This document shows positions 9,694 to 20,900 of a stretch of DNA of 64,000 nt, in pieces (positions within the stretch are counted from its first letter, which is position 1; each line of letters opens with the position of its first letter). The position numbers were made by a program, and so were the translations under genes. The notes beneath the pieces are model-generated. The model was given only the letters and a program-made list of their open reading frames with translations. It made no database searches and was not told the DNA's origin. Location of the stretch: IMG/VR virus record IMGVR_UViG_3300007106_000008, positions 1-64,000 of that record; one strand, given 5' to 3'. Origin of the DNA: a virus.

Positions 9694-12345
9694 ATGGGCC
9701 TGTTCAGTGGCAAGACTAAAGTTTACGTAGCATCTTCAGTATATAACTTGGCTGGGGATGTTAACCAACGTGTCAATTACATGAAAACAACTGTAATTGC
9801 AGCAATGTTACAAGGTCAGTTTGCTATGTCTGATATTATTAATAACAGCTACATGAACGGGCCTGGTATTCGTATGCGTCTTTACTCCTCATGGAGTAAG
9901 GACAATTTCGACCCTTATATTGGATTGGCTGCTGGTTCTTTGGGTGTTACAGCAACTATTGATTCCTCTTTAGTTGCTTCCCAGATTACACCCCCTGATG
10001 GTCAGACTACCTATATACAAGCAGCTAATATAGGATTTGCTGATTTTCAGGAGTGGTGTGACCAGTACATTTATGAGCACTTCCCAACACGTATTAATGA
10101 ACAGTTTGAAATTGATATAGATGGGACTACTAATCTAGTAACTATGACTTCTTTGGAAGGTGGTTCAACCATTACCTTTACACCGGATAATTTTGAACCA
10201 GGTGCTCTATATCTTTATGTTGATTATACTTTTTATCAATCCCCATTCACTTCACCTCCAGTGGAGGGGCCTACTAATACCTACAATAGTGAGTCACAGT
10301 TACCGTCTACTTTGTTATGGACTACGGTATCAAATAACTCATCCTCAGAGGTTACTAACCTAAACAAACACGTAACAGTTACTTCTGTTTATTCTGATGG
10401 TAGACCTGACGAGGTTAATAATACGGACACCCCTAGTACATTTAATTGGACTTCCTATACGAAGGTATACAAGCGAGGCTTTAGTACTGCACCAGACCAC
10501 TCTACTGTAATCGTAAATAACAGAGTAATGACTCATAAGCGAATTGGAACCAAGGTAAGTAATTCTAATACTACTACTAATGTTGTAGATGTTGGGGGAG
10601 GTGTTACTCGTACTGATACCACCGTTACTACTACAGAGAGTGTTAACATTCAATACACTTCCCAAACTACTAGTACTGATACAACTATGACGGCTACGGG
10701 CACACCCCGTATGCTTATTTATAAACGTAACAGTGGCAACCCTGTATTGGATACTTTGTTTGATACAGAGTCTACCAATGACAGGTTTTTTGCCTTCATA
10801 CCAATTCGTGATGATAATAATTGGATTGAGAATGATGCAAAAATATGGCCTCTTTGTAGAAAGGCTTTTAGAAAAGCAACGGGTGGTAAGTTGGATGGTG
10901 TACTTAAATCTCTCAAAGATAACGATAATATAGGAGATATTCAGTACATATATGGTGCTTTTGGTTGTTCTCTAAATACTCCAGAGGATACAGCTAAAGA
11001 GTATATATACCGTTTCTTTGAGAGAGCTGCTGCTGCATTCCCGGCAGACCCTAATTACCCAACAATGGAATCTGTAATAAAAGGATTCGATGATGGTAAT
11101 GCTGCTGTTGATGAATATACTGAATGGTGGAGTAACAATACATCTGGTGGGACTGTAATTGGCACACCTCCACCACTACCAGAATTCCCTATTATACCTA
11201 CACGTTCATTTCGGGTATCAAGTAATAAGGGTTACAAGTATGACATGACCATCTCATGGAACTTTGCCTTTGAAACTGTTCACACTGGTTCAGCATGGGA
11301 AGGTGCAAAGAAAAACCAGTTAAGAACCAGATATGCTGGTGATATTTCTTTGACTCAAAAGGCTATGCGTAAAGGTAATACAGGTCAGTTAATTGTTGGT
11401 GGTAAGACCTATAACATGCAGGAGTTAGAAATCCTTTGGCAGACTGGCCCTACTACGTATAAAAAATTACGTATCTTTGGTCTACATCATAGCAATAGGG
11501 TTTACAGTAATAAGTCTGTTGATATTAATGTATCAGACGCTATGGGTGATGCAGAAGAAAGTGGTTTTTTAATTCCTCTGAATGCTGCCATTTATCGTGA
11601 AATGTCCCTAACTCATAGTACTCAGTTGTCTACTGCCTGTACTTACTTAGTAATGAATAGTTATCAAAAGGTAAAACAGAAATGGTATCAGACATCAGTA
11701 TTTAAAATTGCTGTTATTGTTGTGGCTGTAGTTATATCTGTTTACACTTTTGGTGCTGGTGGGGCAGGTATTCTTGGTGCGTATGGTACAGTAGGTGCCT
11801 CACTGGGCTTTGTTGGGTTAGCTGCTGTAATAGTTGGTGCCGTAGCTAATTCTATTGCTGCTATGGTACTTATCTCTATTCTTCAGGTGGTTTCTGTTAA
11901 GCTATTTGGTGATAAGATTGGTTTCATTGTTGCTGCTATATCTTCCATTATAGCAATGAATGTAGGCACAGCAATGGCTACAGGTACTACAATGTCGTCT
12001 ATGATGGGTAATATGATGAATGCTCAGAACATTGTTCAGCTTACATCATCAGTAGGTAATGGAATCAGCCAGTATATTAATTCCTCAACTGTTGATACCC
12101 TCAGACAAGCAGAGTCTGTTATGCAGCAATATAATACAGACTCTAAATCAATTCAGAAGCAGTATGAGAGTATGTTTGGTACCGGAGGAGTTGGAGTCAT
12201 TGACCCAATGCAATTTGTAACTACAGAGTCTATGGACACCTTCCTCTCTAGAACATTACTCACTGGCTCTGATATTGCCGACATGTCTTTAAATATGGTA
12301 GGTAACTTTACCAACATGACCCTAGATTTAAACCTTAAAAATTAA
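9694..12345 (+). CDS. Large virion protein with C-terminal multi-TM glycine-zipper region (N4 gp53 position)
   Basis: 883 aa. Residues encoded around nt 11695-12025 form several consecutive hydrophobic Gly/Ala-rich helices (VFKIAVIVVAVVISVYTFGAGGAGILGAYGTVGASLGFVGLAAVIVGAVANSIAAMVLISIL...). Confidence 0.6.
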   Translation: MGLFSGKTKVYVASSVYNLAGDVNQRVNYMKTTVIAAMLQGQFAMSDIINNSYMNGPGIRMRLYSSWSKDNFDPYIGLAAGSLGVTATIDSSLVASQITPPDGQTTYIQAANIGFADFQEWCDQYIYEHFPTRINEQFEIDIDGTTNLVTMTSLEGGSTITFTPDNFEPGALYLYVDYTFYQSPFTSPPVEGPTNTYNSESQLPSTLLWTTVSNNSSSEVTNLNKHVTVTSVYSDGRPDEVNNTDTPSTFNWTSYTKVYKRGFSTAPDHSTVIVNNRVMTHKRIGTKVSNSNTTTNVVDVGGGVTRTDTTVTTTESVNIQYTSQTTSTDTTMTATGTPRMLIYKRNSGNPVLDTLFDTESTNDRFFAFIPIRDDNNWIENDAKIWPLCRKAFRKATGGKLDGVLKSLKDNDNIGDIQYIYGAFGCSLNTPEDTAKEYIYRFFERAAAAFPADPNYPTMESVIKGFDDGNAAVDEYTEWWSNNTSGGTVIGTPPPLPEFPIIPTRSFRVSSNKGYKYDMTISWNFAFETVHTGSAWEGAKKNQLRTRYAGDISLTQKAMRKGNTGQLIVGGKTYNMQELEILWQTGPTTYKKLRIFGLHHSNRVYSNKSVDINVSDAMGDAEESGFLIPLNAAIYREMSLTHSTQLSTACTYLVMNSYQKVKQKWYQTSVFKIAVIVVAVVISVYTFGAGGAGILGAYGTVGASLGFVGLAAVIVGAVANSIAAMVLISILQVVSVKLFGDKIGFIVAAISSIIAMNVGTAMATGTTMSSMMGNMMNAQNIVQLTSSVGNGISQYINSSTVDTLRQAESVMQQYNTDSKSIQKQYESMFGTGGVGVIDPMQFVTTESMDTFLSRTLLTGSDIADMSLNMVGNFTNMTLDLNLKN

Positions 12346-12358
12346 CAGGAGAATCCTC

Positions 12359-12841
12359 ATGGATTTAAGTTTCTTTACCGGTAACCCAGCACCTAATCCA
12401 AGTGGTATGTCTTGGATGAGTTCTAATACTAATAATAGTAACCCTGGGATGAACTTTAGTTCCCCGTCTCTTAACTACCAACCTGGTATGACACTAGGGG
12501 ATTATTTTTCCCCTAGTACTGGTACAGGGGCTGGTCAAGCTACGGGTGGTTTTCCGGGACTTGGTAGCTTATCTGGGCAACTAGGTATGAATGTTCCCAC
12601 TTTACAGTTGGGGCTGGGAGCACTTGGTTCCTTATCCAATATATACGGTGGTTTCCAAGCTAATAAGTTAGCCAAAGACCAGCTATCCTTTACCAAGGAT
12701 ATAACTAATACCAATCTCAATAACCAAATTCAGTCTTACAATACGGCTTTAGAAGACCGAGCACGTAGCCGTGCTGCTGCTGAAAATCGCAGCCAATCCT
12801 CTGCTGATGAGTATATTCAGCAGAACAAACTTAGCCGTTAA
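12359..12841 (+). CDS. Gly/Ser/Asn-rich small virion protein (N4 gp52 position)
   Basis: 160-aa low-complexity ORF between two virion protein genes. Confidence 0.55.
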   Translation: MDLSFFTGNPAPNPSGMSWMSSNTNNSNPGMNFSSPSLNYQPGMTLGDYFSPSTGTGAGQATGGFPGLGSLSGQLGMNVPTLQLGLGALGSLSNIYGGFQANKLAKDQLSFTKDITNTNLNNQIQSYNTALEDRARSRAAAENRSQSSADEYIQQNKLSR

Positions 12842-12852
12842 GAGGTATTGTC

Positions 12853-14832
12853 ATGGCTCAAATAACTTGGCGAAATGTTGATGCCCCTTCTTTTGGTGGG
12901 GTAGGTGATAGCATTCGTACAATGGGTAATATGTTCGACCGTGGAACCGCTGGTCTTAGTGATGCTTTGGGTAATTTCCAAACTGCTGCTAGACAAGATG
13001 CTGGTAATACTGTCATGCAGAATGCCCTTCAATATCAAGACCCAACTGCATATCGTAATGCTCTTGCTTCTGGTGCCTTATTCCAAGGAGTTGACCCTAA
13101 TTTAGTAGGTCAGCGTACCCTTGAAAGTTTAGATAATCGGACAGGTGCTTTATTGAACCAGCAAGGTCAACAAGGTACTAATGATTTTAATAATTACAGA
13201 TTTGGTAGGTTAAAAGCTACTGATGAGGCTTCTGATGCAAGCATTGCTACAATGGATGCAGCAAGTCCTGCTTTGAGACAATTAGCTTTGGCTTACCAAT
13301 CCGGTGACCCTAAGCAAATTCAAGCAGCACAAGCCAGTGCAGGTAAAACTTTGGATGGTTTACCCGGTGACCAAATCCTTAAAATTATGGGCAATCTACA
13401 AGGTCAATCTGGTAGTGGTATTCAGCAAAACCAGAGTCTATTTAACCTTGGTACATCTATGAGGGATGATGCTGATACCCAAGCAGCTACTGGAGTCATG
13501 GCCCAAATTACCAGAGGTGCTGAAAACCCAAACGATGCTAGACTATTAGCTGAATCTTACAGTAGAGGATTATCTCCTACTGCACAGGCTCGTTTGCAAA
13601 GTATGCTTGCACGTTCTTATCCTGGTGTTTACGGTAATAACGTTGGTACTACTTCTTCTGCACCAGGAACTGCTGGTACTCGTGCTGGTTCCCCATTTGA
13701 TGTTACTTATGGATTTACCCCAAGTCCTGCCCCAATCACTCAGATGAGTATGGGGGATGTAACTAAACACCAATCTAATATGATTGGTGATTTAGGTGCC
13801 TCTCCAGTTGGTGCATATCAAATTAATAAGGCTACGTTGGAAGACTTCGGCCCTAAAGTATTTGGGAAAGACTGGCAGAACCAACCTATGTCTGCTGAGA
13901 ACCAAGACAAGCTAGGTAGAGCTATCTTCGATGCTCGTAAGAATGGTAACTTGTCTGATACTTGGGCTGCACTTCCTAATAGTGCTCCCGGTGCATACAA
14001 GAATATGTCTTGGGATGATATTAAACCTGTAATTGCTCAAGCAGAAGTGGGTGCTGACCCCCTTCAAATGAGACAACAAGCACAAGAGAATCAAGCAGTT
14101 TCTGCCCTTGGTTCTGGTATGATTGGTACCCGTTTGATGCAGAACAATGCTTCTGGGGTAACTCCTGATTACCTAGCGTCTCTGAACGACACCTCTACTG
14201 TTGGTGAGGTAGCGGATAAATTACTAGGTGGTGATTTCAAAGGTGCCAATAAAAACTGGGTAGTTGCTCGTATTAACGATATCAGCCAACGTGCTAATGT
14301 ATCCCCGGCAATGGCTGCTAACGTTGTTCAACGTGCAATGACTAACGTACCTGAAGGTATACTTAGTCGTGGTTTGGATGCACTTAATCCATTTATTACT
14401 AACGAAGCTGGTAATGGTTTACGTATTAATGACCGTGCTGTAGACCAAATGGTAGAGGGATTGCGTAGAGGTGAACCATTGGAGGGTAGTATTCGTAATA
14501 TGTCTACTGCCCAAGCTGCTCAGAATATCCAAGCTGCACAGTCAGCTTACGATGCAGCTCAAGCTAACTTAGCTAATACTCAGAATAAGATTCAGACAGG
14601 TCAGACGGGTCTTACTGCATTATTACCCTCTAGACAGGAAGCTGTTAAACGTGCTGCTGCCATGTTGCAAGCTGCACAAGGTCAAGTTCAATCAGACCCA
14701 GCTAATTTGGCTCCTATTGGTTTTGCTTCCCAAGCTTCTATAGATAGAGCTGCTGCCCGTGAGAATGAACAACGGGCTAAGCGATATAAACAGTTAGCAG
14801 AAGGTACTCCTGCCTATATGCAACCTCGTTAA
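12853..14832 (+). CDS. Virion protein with lysozyme-like segment (N4 gp51 position)
   Basis: 659 aa. The segment SPVGAYQINKATLEDFGPKVFGKDWQNQPMSAENQDKLGRAIFDARKNGNLSDTWAALPNSAPG resembles the lambda-R/GH104 core (GxYQ ... FxPxxQD ... WAxLPG). Adjacent to the vRNAP gene. Confidence 0.55.
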   Translation: MAQITWRNVDAPSFGGVGDSIRTMGNMFDRGTAGLSDALGNFQTAARQDAGNTVMQNALQYQDPTAYRNALASGALFQGVDPNLVGQRTLESLDNRTGALLNQQGQQGTNDFNNYRFGRLKATDEASDASIATMDAASPALRQLALAYQSGDPKQIQAAQASAGKTLDGLPGDQILKIMGNLQGQSGSGIQQNQSLFNLGTSMRDDADTQAATGVMAQITRGAENPNDARLLAESYSRGLSPTAQARLQSMLARSYPGVYGNNVGTTSSAPGTAGTRAGSPFDVTYGFTPSPAPITQMSMGDVTKHQSNMIGDLGASPVGAYQINKATLEDFGPKVFGKDWQNQPMSAENQDKLGRAIFDARKNGNLSDTWAALPNSAPGAYKNMSWDDIKPVIAQAEVGADPLQMRQQAQENQAVSALGSGMIGTRLMQNNASGVTPDYLASLNDTSTVGEVADKLLGGDFKGANKNWVVARINDISQRANVSPAMAANVVQRAMTNVPEGILSRGLDALNPFITNEAGNGLRINDRAVDQMVEGLRRGEPLEGSIRNMSTAQAAQNIQAAQSAYDAAQANLANTQNKIQTGQTGLTALLPSRQEAVKRAAAMLQAAQGQVQSDPANLAPIGFASQASIDRAAARENEQRAKRYKQLAEGTPAYMQPR

Positions 14833-14850
14833 AATGCATCATACTAATTA

Positions 14851-14872
14851 AAGCCCTTCGGGGCTTTTTTAT
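14851..14872 (+). terminator. Rho-independent terminator
   Basis: aagccc-ttcg-gggctt stem followed by tttttt. Confidence 0.75.
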
Positions 14873-14934
14873 TACGCTCACTAAATGTATAGTGAATCTT
14901 CTCATACGATATAAGTTTGAACAGGAAATCTACT

Positions 14935-17900
14935 ATGTCAACATTTGACAGACTGGCCGGTTTCGCAGACAGCATCACTAATGCTAAGCAAGTAGATGTC
15001 TCTACTGCAACCGCTCAGAAGCAATCTACTGAAGAGCAGGCACCTTCTTCTTTAACCCCAGATTCTGCTTATAATCTACAAGCAGGTCGTGTTGGTAATT
15101 TGGGCATAGGTGCATTTGACCCTAGTTCAATTCAAGCAGACTTTACTAATGCATCCCCTACTGAACTAATCTCTAAGTACGGCCCACAGCAAGGCTTGGG
15201 TATTATTAATACTCGTGCTAATGCTGCTGATGCTGTACGCCGTGATTTATCTATGGAGCGTACCCCTGCCCGTGCAATATCAGACTCACTTACTGGTGTT
15301 GGACTTGGTGTAACTAATACATTAGGTGGTATTGCTGCACTTGGTGCAGGTCTTATTAATGACAATGCAGGTGCTTCTATTGCTTCTGGATTAGATAGTT
15401 TCAATGAAGCTGTACACAATACACAATCAGATGCATTGAATGCTGCACGAAAAGTGGTTTCTAATCAGAACCAGATATCTGGTTTAGTAAATAAAAATAA
15501 ATATGACCAAGATATAAAGAATGGTGATAGTAATTTAGTTGCTTCTCTTTCTCGTATTGGTCGAGACGCTTACGACTCTGTAGCTAATACATTGAGTACA
15601 GGTATGGCTGCTACAGATGGTTTAAGCGAAGGAGTAGGTTCTCTATTCACAGGTAGCCCGTTGATTAGAGGGGTAGCCTCTTTAGGCAGAGCAATGATTG
15701 GTGGTGAAGCTGCTGTAAAAGGTATTTCTCTAGCTGCTGAACTTGGTTCTCGTCCTGCCCAAGTAACCCGTGCATTAGGTAAACTTGCACCAGGTGCTAT
15801 AGCTATTGGTGGTATGGAAGCTGGTGGTGCATATCAACAAACTGCTTCTGATATTATGAAGATGCCATTTACAGAGTTGTCTGCTAAGTCCCCTACATAT
15901 CAGCAACATATAAAAGATGGTTTATCTCCTGAAGAGGCACGACGTCAAACAGCCTCTGAGACTGGTATTATAGCTGCTGGTATAACTGCCCCGGTTGCTG
16001 CTGCTACCGGCCCATTAGTTTCTAAATTTGAAATGAACCCACTTAAGGTTGGTTCACTTGCTGGAGCTGGTTCTAATCTCTTAAGAGAAACTGTAGAAGA
16101 GGGAATTCAGTCAGGTACCGGACAGGCTGCACAAAACTATGCAATGCGTCAGAATGTGGACAAGAACCAAGACCTCCTTAAAGGAGTTGGTGAACAAACT
16201 GGATTGGGTGCGTTATATGGCTTCGGTGCTGCTGGAGTTGCTCAGGCTCCTGGTGCTGCTATACGTGGAGCTAGCAATGCTGCTTCTCCTATTATGCGTA
16301 CTACCATGGCTGGTATTAATGCTATCTCCGGTGCTGCTAGTAAAGTAGCTTCTCCAATAATTGACCCACTGGTTCGTCGTGGTGAAGAAATTATCAAGCA
16401 GAATGAGGAGGCTTCTCCTGTTGCTGATGCTACTGTAGCTCAGGCTGCTCAGGAAGCTACTGCTAAGTCTCAAGAAGCACAGGCAACTATGTCAGAAGCT
16501 GTTGATGCAATGAATATTTCTCCAGAAGAGAAAGCTGCCGCTCATCAATATGCTAATGATTTGGTTAATGCAACACGATTTAATCCAGAAGATTTTTCTT
16601 CAGCATCTAGTGCTATACAGGATGCTGTAGCAGGTTCTACTGATAAAGTATCTGCTATACAAAAACTGGCAGATGTAGTTAACACTACAGAAGACCCTAA
16701 CCATGCTATGGAAGCTGCGGTCAATATGTATGACTCAGTTATGCAAATGGAAGACTTCGTTAACCGTGACCCTGCTGCACTAAATAATTTACCTAAAGAT
16801 AGTTCGGCTAATGCTGTACTTGACCAGTATTCTGGATTGATGGCTAATATCCAAAACACTCCTAAAGTACTACGTGCTTTCCGTGCAATTCATTCAATGA
16901 TTCAGGAACAAGCAGAAAAAGGTAACCTTAATGTTACCGAAGATTCTGTAGACCAGAACCAAGCTAATAATGTGGCTATGGCTGCTGATTTAAGCCCTGA
17001 ATCACTAACCCCTGAGTCAGTTAACATGACTCTTAAGCATGCTAGTGAAGGTAAGATTACGTTGAATAATCGACAACGTGCTGCCCTGCAATCTGCTGCT
17101 GCTGTACTACAGGGAGCACGTGAATTCGATAATGAAGCACAACGGTTAGGGCTACGTCCTCAAGATATTGTTAGTAAGCAAATTAAGACGGATGAGTCTC
17201 GCTCTAATGAAGGACAATACTCTGCGTTGCAACATGCACAACGAATTCGTTCTGCGTACAACTCTGGTAATCTCAATCTCGCTAGTGCCTACCTGAATGA
17301 CTTCATGCAGTTTGCCCAGCACATGCAGAATAAGGTCGGAGCGTTGAATGAGCATTTGCTTTCTGGGAATGCGGATAAGAATAAGTCTGTCCATTATGAA
17401 TCTCTCACTCCTTCCCGTGAGTGGGTTCGTAGTCGTAGTGGTTTGGGGGTTAATCCCTATGATACTAAGTCGGTTAAATTTGCCCAACAAGTGGGACTTG
17501 AAGCTAAAACTGTAGCGGATATTGCCAACGCTCTCGCTACGGCTTACCCGGAGCTTAATGTTTCTCATGTGAATATTACCTCGTTAGATTCACGTCTGAA
17601 CAATCCGGCTGCTCAGGTAGTTAAGGAATTCCGTCAAGGCAGTCTTGATGCTGCTCCTACTCAACAAAAAACCGAACCAGTGAATCAGGTTAAAGAAACT
17701 CCTGTTATTCAGGAGGCCACCCCTACTGTACCTTCTAAAGCAGAAACAGTGGTAGATAATACTGCTCCTGTAGGTAAGCCTAGTGTAAGAACAGAAGAAG
17801 TAACTACTACTAAGTCTGAAAAAGCAGAGCCAGTAATTGAACCTAAGACTGGTATTGAGGCTTCTTACCCTGTTTATAATAGTGAGAAATCCCCTAACCA

Positions 17901-20900
17901 ATTTGTTAAATCATTCTCTCTCCCAGAAGAACCTAAGTCTCGTACCACTGGTTCAGAGTCTCCATTATCTGACATTGGTAAGGCACTGACTTCTTCTGTA
18001 CGTTTTGAAGCATTAACTCAAAAAGAAAATAATGCCTTAACTTCTGATGTAGCTGGGCGTTATAAAGATTTGATGCAGCATGGTGAAGGTATTAAGGAAA
18101 TCCTTAGTAACCGTTTAGCTAAGTTCCTGTCTACTAAAAATGTAGGTAAACGTTTTGCTGAGGGTGCTGATGCTAACCGTTGGGTAGGTGGTAAGTTACT
18201 TAACATTGTTGAACAAGATGGCGATTCATTTAAATTTAATGACTCCCTTCTTGAGACTGCTGTATTAGCTGGTCTTCAATGGAGACTAACTTCTACTCAG
18301 AATACTGCTATTAAAGATGCAAAAGATGTTGCAGCTATTACAGGTATTGACCAATCATTACTACCAGATGGGATACTAGAAACCTTCGAGAATGCTCAAA
18401 CACTAGTTGAGGCCACTAATGCATTGTCTCAGAAGATTGAATCTTATTGGGGATTGAGTCGTAATCCTAATGCACCACTTGGTTACACCAAAGGTATCCC
18501 AATGGCTATGGCTACTGAGATTCTATCTGCATTTATAGAAAGTGGTGATGTTATAGAGTCTATGTTAGATGTGTCAGAAATTGACCCTAGTTCTAATAAA
18601 ACTGTGGGTTTATATACCATTACTAAATTGGGTGATGCTGACCCAATTAATAAGTTCCCTACTGCTATTGAAGAAGCTGTGCTTGTTGAACCAGTAGAGA
18701 AGGTTTACTTTGGTAATGATGTACCTTCTGTTGCTCAAACTCAGTTACGCAATCCTGCTGTTAAGAATACCCCTGAACAGAAAGCTGCACTTAAAGCAGA
18801 GCAAGCTACAGAGTTCCGTGTACATGAACCAATGGTTAACTTCTATGAAGCAATGGGTCGTGATAATATTCTTAAGCTTATGGGTGCTGGTACACTTAAT
18901 CCTGAGTTGCTGAACATTAATACTGCCAAATCTTTGGAAGGTAAAAACCTTTCTGTATCTATGGCATATGATTCTTTATTTGGTTTAGTTGACCAAATCA
19001 AAGCACAAGAATCTGGCTTAGAAACTCCAATTCATTATGGTTACAATATGACCCGTGTTGGTCGTATGCAAATGCTAGGTAAGAACAACCCACAATCTAG
19101 TAAACTAGTTCGTGAAGCTATTCTTCCAACATTCTCTACCATTGACTTGTCTAATGAAAACTCCCAAACCTTCTCTGATTTCCAAGTAGGTTTAGCTCAG
19201 GCATTGGGCATTAAGGTTCACAATATGAGCCGAGAAGTAATGTCTGAAAAGTTAACTTCTGCATTAGAAGGTAAGCTCAAACCTGCTGTAGATATGATGA
19301 TTGACTTCGATAAAACAAGTTACTTGCCAGAGAACTCTGTTGATATTCTTAATAATGCATTAGGTGGTGATAAATCATTCGTAGCTCTAATGGCTCTAAT
19401 GGAGTATGCCCGTTATCAGAATGCTGAAGATAAATCCAAATTTAATACCCCACTGTATGTCGAAGCTGATGGTGTAACTAATGGCCCAATTAATGCAATG
19501 GTATTGATGACTGGTGGCAAATTCACTAGTGATTGGGTACGGAATACAGCTAAGGGTGGATTATTCTTTGGTGCCCCAGGCAAAACCATGAATGAGCATC
19601 GTTCTGTTGATGATAGTGTTGACCTGTATGAAACATCTACTAATGGTCTTAAGTCAGCTCTAACTAGTCTTCGTAATACCTATGCAAGTAACCCGGCTGT
19701 TAATACTCAGATGAATCACTTGTCCTCTCTTATGGACTTATTCATTCCTGACTACAATATTAATTCGGAAGGTAACCTTGAACTTAAACGTGGTATTGCT
19801 AAGAATCCTTTGACTATTACCATATATGGTGCAGGTGCTCGTGGTATTGCAGGTAAAATGGTTAGTGCAATTACAGACACTATTTACCAACGTTTCAGTG
19901 ACGTTCTGCAAGCACAAGCAGAAAACCCTAGTATTTCCCCAGCTATGGCTATGTTCGGTAAGCAAGCTTCTTCTGAGGTCGATGCTGATGCTATGTTCAG
20001 TCGTTTCGTTGACAACATGAAAGCACTGACGGGTACTATCCCTACTACTCGTAAAGGTCAAATTGTTCTTGAGAAAACTGGTTCAATTATCTCAGGTAAG
20101 ATTGACCCTCAGAAGTTCACTATTAAAGGTGACCAACTGAAAGCCTTGCAGGAAAACATGTTGCATTTCTTCGTTGAACCAATGAGAGAAGGTATCCTTA
20201 ATACTGTAGGCAGTAATCTGATGCACTCTACTGAACAACTTCAGAAAGCAACCCAGATTCAATCTTTGGTTCTTCAGGATATGTTCCAGCAAGCTGTTCA
20301 GGAAAAACTAGCTGAAAAGGCTAAAGACCCTGAATGGAAGAAAGGTGATTTCCTTACCCAGAAAGAATTAAATGATATTCAGGCTTCTCTGTCTGATTTA
20401 GCCCCAATGATTGAGACTGGTTCGCAGAACTTCTACATTGCTGGTTCTGAGAATACTGATGTTGCTAATCAGGTTCTGGCTACCAACCTTGATGACCGTA
20501 TGCGTGTACCAATGAGCATTTATGCTCCATCACAAGCTGGGGTTGCTGGTATTCCATTCATGACGATTGGTACTGGTGACGGTATGATGATGCAGACTCT
20601 TTCAACTATGAAAGGTGCTCCTAAAAATACTCTCAAAATCTTTGATGGTATGAACATTGGTATTAATGATATTGCTGATGCAAGTCGTAAAGCTAATGAG
20701 GCTGTATACACTTCTTGGCAGGGTAACCCAGTTAAGAATGTTTATGATTCCTACTCTAAGTTCATGAAGAACGTAGACTTCTCTAAACTGTCTAAAGAAA
20801 CTCAAGAAGCTATTGCTAAGTCTGCATTGGAGTTTGACCAACGAGAAGGTGCTACACCAGACACTATTCATGTAGCTGCTGCTGGTATTGAACGTAACCT

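Noticed and set aside
14917-14934. TTG start for the vRNAP gene as used by the ORF track
   Set aside because: The ATG at 14935 has a properly spaced aggaaa SD and gives MSTFDRLAGFADS... The TTG has no SD.
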